Shown here: positions 19,048 through 28,161 of the stretch, one piece after another
How positions within the stretch are numbered: the first letter of the stretch is position 1
How the letters are laid out: each line of letters begins with the position of its first letter
Origin: Thermoplasmata archaeon
GTDB lineage: Archaea > Thermoplasmatota > Thermoplasmata > Thermoplasmatales > Thermoplasmataceae
Length of the DNA stretch: 46,594 bases
Direction: 5' to 3'
NCBI GenBank assembly: GCA_021816745.1
Contig: JAKAWY010000003.1
Coordinates: forward strand, 1-46,594
The notes under the pieces: generated by a model
The model's database searches: none
Told to the model about the DNA's origin: nothing
The model's input: the letters and a program-made list of their open reading frames with translations, nothing else
Position numbers and translations under genes: made by a program

Positions 19048-20754
19048 ATGGAATTGTTATTGGATATTATGCCTTCGGTTAATGTCTGTCTGGTGCATCC
19101 TCCCAGTATCTACGACTTCAGGAAGAGAGATCTCAGGGAGGGGCCCATCAGCGACGTTATTCCTTCTACTCCTGTTTTTGAAATGTATCCTGTGGGGTTC
19201 ATCAGTATGCTTTCCCACCTTGTGAAAAATGGATACAGGTGCAGGATCGCCAATGTTGCAGTTCAGATGCTTATGAACAGCAATTTTGATGTTGAAAAAT
19301 ACCTGGGAAATATCGAGGCAGACATTTTTGGAATAGATCTTCACTGGCTTCCTCACACACATGGTGCTTTCCAGATCGCCTCGATCATAAGAAAGGTCCA
19401 TCCGAATTCATATATCCTTCTGGGTGGCTATTCAGCTTCTTATTTCGCTGAAGATATAATGAAAAACAAGCAGGATATTGACTTTATCCTTGCAGGGGAT
19501 CTCATGGAAGAACAGATTCTGGCTCTGGCTTCACGGATTGAGCAGGGGAAATCGGTAGAAGATGTATCCAACCTTTTTTACAGAAAAGATGGAGCTATAA
19601 AAAAGAATCCAAGGAAATATGATAAAAATGCCATTGCAAATGTATACATGGACTACAAGGGACTGATTAAAAATGCAATTCAGTATCATGACATCAAGGG
19701 CCATCTACCTTATCTGGAATGGATCAGGAATCCCGTGGCCATGACTCTTATTCAGAGAGGTTGCCAGTACAACTGCGGGTTTTGTGGTGGTTCGTACTAT
19801 TCTTACAGCAGGAATTACGGTGGAAGTTCTCCCATAATCAGGGATATAAATACACTGGGTGAAGAGATGGAAGACATCATGGACACCATAGACACTCCAG
19901 TATTCATCGCGGGGGATCTGAATGCCATGGGGGAGAAATATTACAGATCATTTCTTGCTGAGTTGAAAAACAGGGGCATTGATCTTCCACTTTTGACAGA
20001 ATACTTCGTACCACCGCCTGAAAATTACTATGAGTTGCTGTCAAAATATGTTCCCGATTACGCCTGTGAAATTTCACCAGATTCACTGGATCAGAAAATC
20101 AGGATGAAAACAGGACGGGGGTATTCAAACAATGAGCTTGAAAAATCAATTTCGTTCGCATCAAAGTACGGTTCCAGGAAGTATGATGTATACCTGTCCA
20201 TAGGACTTCCGGAACAGGGGATTGAAAATGTAATGGATGATACAGATCGATTAAAGTCTTTAATGAAACAATTCTCTACTCCGGAAATGCCTGTTTATGG
20301 GTTTATTTCTCCCTTATCGCCATTCCTTGATCCTGGTTCTTTATTTTATGAGATGAGGGAGAAATTTGGTTATATCATCAGGGCTAAAAGTGTACAGGAA
20401 TATTATGAACTTCTGGATCATGGAAGAACATGGACTGATTTTCTAAATTATGAAACCAGTCGAATGAGCAGGGATGACATAGCCAGGGCAACTTACCTGT
20501 CAGGGATAAGAATGGTGGAAGCAGAAATATCACTGGGATATATGGATAGGGAGACTGGATATCAAATCATTATGAATATCCAAAGTTACATGAATGGCGA
20601 TGATTATGCTCCCCAGAGTGACAAGAGCAAGCACCTGACTTATCTGGTGAAGGAAATTGAATGGTCAAGAAAACATGGACTCAAAATGTATTCATTCATG
20701 GTATTCCTGTACTCTGTATATGAGGGAATCAGGAGAACTGTCATGTATGGGTAA
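19048..20754 (+). CDS. B12-binding-domain radical SAM enzyme (class B rSAM; candidate GDGT ring synthase-like or methyltransferase)
   Basis: Radical-SAM cluster motif QRGCQYNCGFCGG (C-x3-C-x2-C) mid-protein, preceded by an N-terminal Rossmann-like region (ILLGGYSASYF) typical of cobalamin-binding rSAMs. 568 aa. Confidence 0.7.
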   Translation: MELLLDIMPSVNVCLVHPPSIYDFRKRDLREGPISDVIPSTPVFEMYPVGFISMLSHLVKNGYRCRIANVAVQMLMNSNFDVEKYLGNIEADIFGIDLHWLPHTHGAFQIASIIRKVHPNSYILLGGYSASYFAEDIMKNKQDIDFILAGDLMEEQILALASRIEQGKSVEDVSNLFYRKDGAIKKNPRKYDKNAIANVYMDYKGLIKNAIQYHDIKGHLPYLEWIRNPVAMTLIQRGCQYNCGFCGGSYYSYSRNYGGSSPIIRDINTLGEEMEDIMDTIDTPVFIAGDLNAMGEKYYRSFLAELKNRGIDLPLLTEYFVPPPENYYELLSKYVPDYACEISPDSLDQKIRMKTGRGYSNNELEKSISFASKYGSRKYDVYLSIGLPEQGIENVMDDTDRLKSLMKQFSTPEMPVYGFISPLSPFLDPGSLFYEMREKFGYIIRAKSVQEYYELLDHGRTWTDFLNYETSRMSRDDIARATYLSGIRMVEAEISLGYMDRETGYQIIMNIQSYMNGDDYAPQSDKSKHLTYLVKEIEWSRKHGLKMYSFMVFLYSVYEGIRRTVMYG

Positions 20755-20919
20755 AAGTTATTTATTAGAATGGAAAGATGTACTGGAAGTGATAAAGTAC
20801 TTGCAAACATTGACTAATATCAGAAAATTTGGAACAATTTAGTACGAGATAAATAACATCAATTAATATTATCCAATAAATACTCTTAACAAATATATAC
20901 TTAATTCACATGTTAAATT

Positions 20920-21819
20920 ATGCTATACTGCCCAGTATGTTATGAAGAAACAGCAAAATCTGACTTTGAATCCCTGGCAACCCATTTCCTGTCTGATAGT
21001 TTGAAAAATGACGGTAAACACGTTTCATGGCTTAATCGAAATATTTCTAAACTAAAGTTAAACAATGATGAACTTTCAAAACAACTGATGAATTTCTACC
21101 ACGTTGGAAATGATGGGATAAAAATGTGGATAATAAGGGACTTTATACAATTATTCAGAGGAGTGAATCCCCATCCATTCATTCTGGGAATGCAGGAATA
21201 TGATGTTCCTCTTCTCAAAGGGTATGTGGTGGAACATCATCACTTCCTAAAGCAGTGGATTAGATCATGTTCTTATGCGATGGCCAAGACAGATCTGACT
21301 GAAGTTCATGATTATGAAATTGAAAATATTGTTACTGAGATGCATGGTTATGGCAGTAATGCTCCGTCACACCATGAACTGCTGATCAGGATGGGTGAGT
21401 CCCTTGGACTTGAGAGAAAAGAAATATTGGATTCAAAACCCCTGAAGGGAACACAGGAAGCAATTAAGATTTGGCAAAAAATTGCCTCTGAAAAATCAAC
21501 CATGGAAATCATGTCTGCTATGCACTCTCTGGAACTGATAGCAAACAGGGATCTTCAGAGATACGGTGCAAAATATCCTTATTTCAACCCTGAAATGCTT
21601 AAATCCCCTGCTGTTTCAGATGAGGTCAAAAACTTTCTCAGGGAAGGATATGAAGCAGATGTTTCGCATTCATACCAGGCGCTAAGTATAATTCAGGAGC
21701 ATTGCAATCCTGATAATATTCTCGATATACAGTCTGCATATCTTGTATCATCCAGGGCATTTTTCACTTTTCTTGAGTCCAGAATTGAAAGAGGTGAGAT
21801 GTATAAAAACCAACAATGA
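20920..21819 (+). CDS. hypothetical protein with N-terminal CxxC; possible all-alpha heme-oxygenase-like/TenA-PqqC-like (putative di-metal) fold
   Basis: 299 aa with N-terminal CPVCYEE. Paired carboxylate/His patches spaced as in all-alpha di-iron enzymes (VVEHHHF, EIENIVTEMHGYG, SHHELL, MSAMHSLELIANRD). The assignment is a motif-level impression only. Confidence 0.35.
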   Translation: MLYCPVCYEETAKSDFESLATHFLSDSLKNDGKHVSWLNRNISKLKLNNDELSKQLMNFYHVGNDGIKMWIIRDFIQLFRGVNPHPFILGMQEYDVPLLKGYVVEHHHFLKQWIRSCSYAMAKTDLTEVHDYEIENIVTEMHGYGSNAPSHHELLIRMGESLGLERKEILDSKPLKGTQEAIKIWQKIASEKSTMEIMSAMHSLELIANRDLQRYGAKYPYFNPEMLKSPAVSDEVKNFLREGYEADVSHSYQALSIIQEHCNPDNILDIQSAYLVSSRAFFTFLESRIERGEMYKNQQ

Positions 21820-22099
21820 GAAGGGTTGTGGACTGTGTGATGCAACTTGGGGAGAGTATTACAGGGAAATTGATGGCGACAGGATGTTCTTCTGCTGCAA
21901 TATATGTGCAGACATCTTTGAAAACATGGTAAAAGAGGTCAAGGAAAGAACTGGTTGGGACAGCATTGATTATATAGAACTCATTGGAAACTACAGTAAA
22001 GGGAGGGAATGCACTGCAAAATCAGGTGACAGGACTTATAAATACTATTTCAGAACTTATTCCGATGGAAGAATGATGTCATTTGAGGGCAGGAATTAA
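21794..22099 (+). CDS. small TRASH/YHS-type metal-binding domain protein
   Basis: CGLCDATWGEYYREIDGDRMFFCCNICADIF fits the TRASH/YHS pattern C-x2-C-x19-C-x3-C with the aromatic-FFC core. The in-frame ORF begins at TTG 21743, overlapping the upstream gene. GTG 21794 preceded by AGAGG is proposed as the start. Confidence 0.45.
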   Translation: MRCIKTNNEKGCGLCDATWGEYYREIDGDRMFFCCNICADIFENMVKEVKERTGWDSIDYIELIGNYSKGRECTAKSGDRTYKYYFRTYSDGRMMSFEGRN

Positions 22100-22117
22100 G
22101 ATTTAACCAGTAAAAAA

Positions 22118-22190
22118 TGGGTCTGCCCGGATTTGGACCGGAGTCTCCAACTCCCGAAGCTGGAAGGATACCAGGCTACCCCACAGACCC
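22118..22190 (-). tRNA. tRNA-Pro (anticodon CGG)
   Basis: The reverse complement GGGTCTG…CAGACCC-A forms a 7-bp acceptor stem. Anticodon loop TTCGGGA (CGG); T-arm TCCGG-TCCAAAT-CCGGG. Followed on its own strand by a T6 tract. Confidence 0.75.
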
Positions 22191-22209
22191 TTGAAAAGGT
22201 AAATGTGTA

Positions 22210-23328
22210 TCAGGATATTTTATTTTCCATAGCTGTTGAGACTTCTTCATGCGTTACAAGTGAATGAAAATACATGTAGAAAAGAATAAGAACAACTGGA
22301 AGTGCAGTGTTTGGATCAGTGGATGGATTAACATAAATCCCCATGTCCTGGAATATTACCCATATACTGAATATATATGCAGCAGTGAGTAAGTATGATG
22401 CTTTTCGCTTCCCAGCAATGGCTAAGCAAAGAGCAAGGGGGACTAAAACAAATATGATGTTAAAATAGAATCCGTAAATTGATATTATGGGATATATTGC
22501 ATTCAACAAATAGGCCAGTGGAATTGGCTCCCCCTGGTTGAACATTAAGTTGTAAGGAATACCTGCCAGATTGTTATAAGCCCAGAATCCACTTCCTGGC
22601 ATGGCCTGAAGAATGGAGGATGTCAATAAAAACACAACAAGAATCACGTTGAAAAACTTTGAAATGTTTTTTTCATTATTCAAACTATTAATAAAAAATG
22701 GAATTGACATCAGGGAATATATCAGGGCTGACCCAGGATAACCTGTAAGATATGATGGATTCCCGGCAAAAATACCCCCAAAACCTTCTCCGAAAATCCA
22801 GATTATGATCCCCCAGAGAAATGAGATTATGGAGACAATCTTAAGTGCTCTTTCTGACCTGATCAGAATGAATGAAACACCTATAAAAATTTGAAGTGCT
22901 CCACTTATGGCGTTAAACTGATAGGGATGGATCATCCATGTATTGTACCCAATCATCAGGAAGGACGATAATGATGGGTTTTGAATTCCTGAAATGACAG
23001 GAAATAATATCAATGAGAGGAATTCATACGGCATCTGAGGTTGCAGTTGAAGTATCCCGTCAGCAAGCCAGAGGCCACCCAGTGAAAACTGCAGGGTATA
23101 AGGAATAACACTTTTGCTGTCATTTCTGTAGGAAAACCAAATCAACAGCGAAACCAAAACTGCAATGAATGAATACCCGATGGCGTATACAAAGAACCTA
23201 TTGTACTCAAAGGAAGGAATAACGAAAAAATAGAAGTCGAAAATGAAAATGAAAACAAGGAGTATAAAAAGTGAAATTAAAGTGAATAAAGGAGCAATCA
23301 GTGGTCTTTTTTGTCTCATCATATCCAA
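22210..23328 (-). CDS. polytopic integral membrane protein, function unknown
   Basis: 372 aa with ≥10 hydrophobic helices across the whole length. No motif recognised. Confidence 0.5.
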   Translation of the reverse strand: MDMMRQKRPLIAPLFTLISLFILLVFIFIFDFYFFVIPSFEYNRFFVYAIGYSFIAVLVSLLIWFSYRNDSKSVIPYTLQFSLGGLWLADGILQLQPQMPYEFLSLILFPVISGIQNPSLSSFLMIGYNTWMIHPYQFNAISGALQIFIGVSFILIRSERALKIVSIISFLWGIIIWIFGEGFGGIFAGNPSYLTGYPGSALIYSLMSIPFFINSLNNEKNISKFFNVILVVFLLTSSILQAMPGSGFWAYNNLAGIPYNLMFNQGEPIPLAYLLNAIYPIISIYGFYFNIIFVLVPLALCLAIAGKRKASYLLTAAYIFSIWVIFQDMGIYVNPSTDPNTALPVVLILFYMYFHSLVTHEEVSTAMENKIS

Positions 23329-23380
23329 TGGAGGTGATACATACCAGTTATATATGTTTCATTCATATGAGATTGAATAA

Positions 23381-23403
23381 AAAATATATTGCAGTTAAAT
23401 ATA
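23381..23403 (+). promoter_or_regulatory. AT-rich TATA-box candidates upstream of aIF5A
   Basis: AAAATATATT and TTAAATATA lie 15-35 nt upstream of the ATG at 23417. Confidence 0.3.
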
Positions 23404-23416
23404 GGGCAGTGGTATT

Positions 23417-23800
23417 ATGAGTTGGCAGGAAGCAGAAGTCAGGGAACTAAAAGTTGGCAGGTACATGTTGATTGATGATGTAGCCTGCAAGATCATGGAA
23501 ATTAATTTGTCAAAACCGGGAAAGCATGGTGAAGCAAAGGGAAGAATTGTCGCTATCGGTATTTTTGACGGTCAGAAAAAGAGTGTTGTTTATCCAGTAA
23601 AGCATAAAGTGAAAGTTCCAATCATAGAGAAGAAGAAGGCACAGGTGCTCAGTTTGAAAGATAATGAAGCACAACTTATGGACTCTGAAACCTTTGAGAC
23701 CTTTTATCTCACCCTTGATCCTGATCAAATAGGCAAGGTAAAAGCCGGGGAGGAGATTTCCTATTGGGAAGCAATGGGAATCAGAAAGATCATGGATTAG
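23417..23800 (+). CDS. translation initiation factor 5A (hypusine-containing)
   Basis: Hypusine loop [13 protein letters not shown] with the modified Lys in GKHG. 127 aa, SH3-like N-terminus plus OB C-terminal region, as in archaeal aIF5A. Confidence 0.9.
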   Translation: MSWQEAEVRELKVGRYMLIDDVACKIMEINLSKPGKHGEAKGRIVAIGIFDGQKKSVVYPVKHKVKVPIIEKKKAQVLSLKDNEAQLMDSETFETFYLTLDPDQIGKVKAGEEISYWEAMGIRKIMD

Positions 23801-24669
23801 TGCTTTCTGAATTTGCTTCATACAGGAAAATAGCAGATGCATTAAGCACCTACGAAGATTCCAGATATGTGATTTTCGGGGTTCCCTTCGACTACACCTC
23901 CTCTTTCAGGAGAGGATCATCCAGGGGGCCACAGGAAGTCAGAAGAGCTTACGATAATCTAGAATCATACGATGTTTTCTACGATGTGGATTTTACGAAA
24001 ACAGCGATGTGTGACATCGGGGATCTTTACGTAACTGAAGACCCGGACGACACGGTGGATTCTGTGGAACAGGTAGTTTCCATAATTCGCAGTGATGGGA
24101 AAATACCCATAATGATCGGCGGTGAGCATTCCATTACCGGCGGATCAATTCGCAATTACAGGGATCATGGGATGATTATCATAGATGCACACTCAGATTT
24201 CAGGTATGAATACATGGGCCACAAAAATAACCATGCATGTGCCACCAGGAGATCACTGGAAGTCCTGGGTGAAGGCAAAATATTCTCATTTGGAACAAGA
24301 TCAACATCCATAGAGGAATTTCAGGATCCTGATTATAAAAAGGTGAATTTTCTCAGATCTGAGACAATCCACAGGGATGGCATACAGGAAGTGTACAGGT
24401 CAGTGGAATCAAAACTTCCGGATAAAATGTATTTTTCTATTGACATGGATGGTATTGATCCTGCATTTGCCCCCGGGGTTGGAACTCCAGAACCATATGG
24501 ACTTAAAGACACTGATGTCAGGTACCTGATCAGGAAAGTTTCCAAAAAAACCTATGGGTTTGACGTTCTTGAATTCACACCTGATTTCGATAACGGGAAT
24601 ACAGCGATGCTGGCCGCAAAACTGATACAGGACTTTGTGGGAAGCAGGGAATCAAAAATAAAGTTTTGA
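23764..24669 (+). CDS. speB: agmatinase (arginase/ureohydrolase family)
   Basis: Binuclear-Mn motifs [19 protein letters not shown] and [16 protein letters not shown]. The ORF start overlaps aIF5A by 37 nt; GTG at 23800, overlapping the aIF5A stop by 1 nt, is an alternative start. Confidence 0.85.
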   Translation: MGSNGNQKDHGLVLSEFASYRKIADALSTYEDSRYVIFGVPFDYTSSFRRGSSRGPQEVRRAYDNLESYDVFYDVDFTKTAMCDIGDLYVTEDPDDTVDSVEQVVSIIRSDGKIPIMIGGEHSITGGSIRNYRDHGMIIIDAHSDFRYEYMGHKNNHACATRRSLEVLGEGKIFSFGTRSTSIEEFQDPDYKKVNFLRSETIHRDGIQEVYRSVESKLPDKMYFSIDMDGIDPAFAPGVGTPEPYGLKDTDVRYLIRKVSKKTYGFDVLEFTPDFDNGNTAMLAAKLIQDFVGSRESKIKF

Positions 24670-24672
24670 AGT

Positions 24673-24969
24673 TTATGCCGATACGCTTTTTCCAACCTTT
24701 TCTATGATTGCTGCACCTGGGAGAATGAGATAACTCTTCAAAGAAATCCTTATGATTGTGATAAATGCGTTTTCATTCTCAGTTGAATGAATGAATGGAA
24801 TCAATGATTTTGCAAGGCTTTTGTTTATTTCCAGCAGTTCAAAGTCAACACGTTCATGTTCATAGATTGAAACGGGTAGGAGCGATCCTGTTCCCCTGTA
24901 TTCATTTTTCTTGAATTCAAGGGTTTTCCTTTCGCCAACTTCAATTTTCATACTATCCCAATTAAGCAT
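24673..24969 (-). CDS. hypothetical protein
   Basis: 98-aa ORF convergent with agmatinase. No motif recognised. Confidence 0.35.
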   Translation of the reverse strand: MLNWDSMKIEVGERKTLEFKKNEYRGTGSLLPVSIYEHERVDFELLEINKSLAKSLIPFIHSTENENAFITIIRISLKSYLILPGAAIIEKVGKSVSA

Positions 24970-25117
24970 GAAATTGCTTGTATATAAAGTTGCACAGTAC
25001 TGCCCGAATCACTATATATTATAAAGTTAAATTACTATGAGTAATATCTTTCTGAAATGTTTTCTCGGAAAGTATGGAAAAAATATTAAAGTGTTATGAA
25101 TAAAGGTACACCGAACT

Positions 25118-25412
25118 TGATCGGGGGGGTAGGCGCCCTCTGTGACCCAAAGTCTATAGGTGGGGACGACTTCCTGGTGAGGCCAACCTGGCCTCTGTGA
25201 AGCCTTTAGGGATCCATGAAATTTCGAACCAGTGGATCGGAGGTTATCTGATCATGATTCACAGGTTTCATGGTCTTATATCTGTCTGAAAATCCGCCAG
25301 GTCCGGAAGGGAGCAACGGTAATCGGAACTTACGATGCTTCTGGAGAGCGGGGTCGAGTGAACTGAAGGATAAACTTCACAGGACGTCAGGCCCGAACCA
25401 GGAACGTTCGGT
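25118..25412 (+). ncRNA. signal recognition particle RNA (7S/SRP RNA); boundaries approximate
   Basis: GC-rich structured ~300-nt segment in an AT-rich intergenic region. It contains the domain IV/helix 8 consensus GCCAGGTCCGGAAGGGAGCAACGGTA (25293..25320). The G-rich 5' end GGGGGGGTAGGCGCCC and the 5'/3' complementary arms (CCGAAC…GTTCGG) fit an archaeal SRP RNA. Confidence 0.7.
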
Positions 25413-25425
25413 TTGAAGTGTTAAC

Positions 25426-26559
25426 ATGTTCAAGAGCATCCAGGATCCAATTTGGGGCCCCATCATGGTCACCCCGGAATTCCTAAACATTATTGATACT
25501 CCAGAATTTCAGAGGCTCCACTGGATAGGTCAGCTTGGGTTGTGCCATATGGTTTTTCCTGGTGCCACACACACAAGATTCCAGCATTCTCTTGGAACTA
25601 TGCATATTGCTGAGCAGATGGGAGAAAAACTGGGTTCTTCACATAAAAAGGAACTGATGGCCTCTGCACTGCTTCATGATGTTGGCCATTTCCCTTTCAG
25701 CCATTCCTTTGAAGAATATTTTGAGGATAATTTCAACATAGATCATGAATCAGTTTCCAGGGAAATAATAATGGGAAAAAGAGGTTCAGGCCAGATTACA
25801 GACGCACTTGTAAATGCAGGAATTAACCCGGAATCTGTATGTTCAATATTATCCAAGTCAGGTGAATTTCCACTGGAGGAAAGCATTGTAAGCGGGCCCA
25901 TTGACGCTGATGAAATTGATTACCTCGCCAGGGACAGCTATTTTACCGGAGTTAACTTATTGCCTTTTGATTTCAGGAGGATTGTATCCGTGCTGATGAA
26001 GCGGGATGGAATAATTTACATTGAAAACAAAGGGATTCCAGCAATTGAATCTCTTTTAATTTCAAGATTTCTAATGTACAAATCCGTTTATTTTCACAAA
26101 ACTGTAAGGATCATACAGAAAATGATCAGCAGGGCTGTAGATCTTGCCCATCCCGGAGCAGAGTCGGTCCAGATGAATGATGGGCAATTCTTCGATCTTG
26201 TGGGAAATGGAGCAGGTGAATCCATTGTGGAAAGAGTTTCAAGAAGGGATCTGGTCAAACTAGTGGCACAGCATGAAATATCTGATAACAGTCAATTGAA
26301 TTCTCTAAATGAATTGATCAGTTCAGAATTTCCGGATGTATACACTGACGTGGTTCCGCCCTTCAGTTTCCTGGATGATGACAGGGTAAAAAACAGGATA
26401 ATGGTAAAAATAGGTTCAACTTTTACAGACATACGGGATCTTTCCCCTCTTCTAAAGTCACTATATGACAGTTTCAACATGAGAAAAGTGCTGATTTATG
26501 CTGATCAGAGAAAAACAAACGACATTAGCAGGGTCATTGAAGAGTTTTTTTCATCCTGA
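25426..26559 (+). CDS. HD-domain dNTP triphosphohydrolase-like phosphohydrolase (dGTPase family)
   Basis: Motifs RFQHSLGT, LLHDVGHFPFSH and DADEIDYLARD, in the order typical of Dgt/SAMHD1-type HD enzymes. 377 aa. Confidence 0.75.
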   Translation: MFKSIQDPIWGPIMVTPEFLNIIDTPEFQRLHWIGQLGLCHMVFPGATHTRFQHSLGTMHIAEQMGEKLGSSHKKELMASALLHDVGHFPFSHSFEEYFEDNFNIDHESVSREIIMGKRGSGQITDALVNAGINPESVCSILSKSGEFPLEESIVSGPIDADEIDYLARDSYFTGVNLLPFDFRRIVSVLMKRDGIIYIENKGIPAIESLLISRFLMYKSVYFHKTVRIIQKMISRAVDLAHPGAESVQMNDGQFFDLVGNGAGESIVERVSRRDLVKLVAQHEISDNSQLNSLNELISSEFPDVYTDVVPPFSFLDDDRVKNRIMVKIGSTFTDIRDLSPLLKSLYDSFNMRKVLIYADQRKTNDISRVIEEFFSS

Positions 26560-26989
26560 AGGCATCCCTGCTTCCCCTCATCTCCCCCTGGTAAAAATTT
26601 TCCAGCCTGTGGGTAATGGTATATCCTTCTTTTCTATACATTGAAAGGGCTGATTCATTGAAAACCCTGACTTCCAGTATGGATTCAGTAAATCCATGAT
26701 TCCTCATGGCATCTTCAATTACATGCAAAAGTGCCTTTCCAATACCTTTTCCCTGAAATTCTGGAGAAACACAAATACTCTCTATATCCGCAGATTTTTC
26801 ACTAATGCCAATGGCCATGACATATCCGGCAGGCCTGTCATCCAGATATGCAATTATAGTCATATCCCCGCTTTCAAGAAATGAATCTATAATCATTTCC
26901 ATATCATAAGCGTCTATTCCAAAGGCTTTCTGCTCCAGATAATGGATGGTATCCATATCTTTATGCGTTGCAGGTTTGAAAGTAAGCAT
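26534..26989 (-). CDS. GNAT-family N-acetyltransferase (RimI-like)
   Basis: Acetyl-CoA binding motif QGKGIGKALL within a 151-aa protein. Convergent with the HD gene, overlapping it by 26 nt. Confidence 0.8.
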   Translation of the reverse strand: MLTFKPATHKDMDTIHYLEQKAFGIDAYDMEMIIDSFLESGDMTIIAYLDDRPAGYVMAIGISEKSADIESICVSPEFQGKGIGKALLHVIEDAMRNHGFTESILEVRVFNESALSMYRKEGYTITHRLENFYQGEMRGSRDAFRMKKTLQ

Positions 26990-27035
26990 ATTATCAACTC
27001 AAATATTAGTAATTACTAAAGATATTTATCTTATC

Positions 27036-27767
27036 ATGAACTTTCCAGGTATGTTGAAAGAATCCGGCTTATTTGAAAATTTCAGTTCGGAGCTTATGAA
27101 AGGAAGGCCAGTTTTAATTTTTGACCACGAAAAGAGGGAAGGTGAGACTGACATGATCTTTGCCTCTGAAAAGGTGGACTTCAATTCAATCAAGACTCTC
27201 AGGAAGGATGCCGGCGGACTTGTATGCACCACAATAAAGGAAGGACTGGCTGATATTTTAAGTATGCCATTTCTTGAAGAACTTTACAAAAGGTACCTTC
27301 CATATGGAAACGAGGCTTCTTTTTCCGGTGACATGAGATATGACAGCCATTCATCCTTTACATTTACCATTAATTCCAGGAATACCTTTACAGGAATCAG
27401 TGACAAGGATCGCTCCATCACTGTAAATGAACTTGTAGGATTTATGAAAGGAATAGGGGAATTTAAAGAGCCGGTACATGAATTCTATGGTAAATTCAGG
27501 ATTCCAGGACATGTTTCTCTTTTAATTGCAAGGGAGGGTTACTTCAGTAAAAGAAGGGGGCATACCGAACTTGCAACCTACCTTGTAGAGTCCTGTGGCC
27601 TGTTTCCTTCAGCGACCATTGCCGAAATGCTAGCTGATGACGGAAATGCCATGAAAATGAATGAGGCCATGGATTACGCAGATAAGAATGGGTTAATGTT
27701 TATAGAGGGGAAAGATATAATCGCCCGGTGGGCAGATGAAAAAGGTAATGGCATCGGGGGTTTTTGA
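27036..27767 (+). CDS. ribB: 3,4-dihydroxy-2-butanone 4-phosphate synthase
   Basis: REGETDMIFA and RRGHTE motifs of archaeal DHBP synthase. The start is taken at the internal Met (MNFPGM), which avoids overlap with the GNAT gene and sits ~20 nt after an AT-rich box (AAAGATATTTAT). Confidence 0.8.
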   Translation: MNFPGMLKESGLFENFSSELMKGRPVLIFDHEKREGETDMIFASEKVDFNSIKTLRKDAGGLVCTTIKEGLADILSMPFLEELYKRYLPYGNEASFSGDMRYDSHSSFTFTINSRNTFTGISDKDRSITVNELVGFMKGIGEFKEPVHEFYGKFRIPGHVSLLIAREGYFSKRRGHTELATYLVESCGLFPSATIAEMLADDGNAMKMNEAMDYADKNGLMFIEGKDIIARWADEKGNGIGGF

Positions 27768-28161
27768 TATATTACACCTAGGTCACATCCACTATCTTGA
27801 GGAATCCAGAAAACAGGGCGACTTTCTTGTGGTGGTTGTAGCGTCTGATTCCACTGCATCCAGAAATGGAAAAAAGATCCTGTTTTCACAGGAAAGCAGG
27901 AAGAAAATGGTAGAATCCCTTAAGGTGGTTGATGAAGCCATAATCGGTGGGGAAGGCAATATCTTTGATACAATTTCTTTAGTAAAGCCAGATGTCATCA
28001 CACTGGGTTTTGATCAGAAATTCGATCCTGAGGTGATAAAGGAAGAAGCAGGAAAAAGGGGTTTGAATCCTGAAGTATACCGGTGCAGCCCCCTGGACTC
28101 ACTTGAACCCTTTGGAACCAGGAAGATAAGGAAGAAGTTGCAGGAAGAAGGGGCCAGATGA
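27736..28161 (+). CDS. ribL: archaeal FAD synthetase (FMN adenylyltransferase)
   Basis: Nucleotidyltransferase motif SGVFDILHLGH (GxFDxxHxGH), 141 aa. The start may be the Met at ~27748. Confidence 0.8.
   Translation: MKKVMASGVFDILHLGHIHYLEESRKQGDFLVVVVASDSTASRNGKKILFSQESRKKMVESLKVVDEAIIGGEGNIFDTISLVKPDVITLGFDQKFDPEVIKEEAGKRGLNPEVYRCSPLDSLEPFGTRKIRKKLQEEGAR

Noticed and set aside
25225-25240. tRNA-like T-loop-looking string (atttcgaacc) inside the SRP RNA region
   Set aside because: No acceptor or anticodon stems can be built around it. It lies within the structured 7S RNA.
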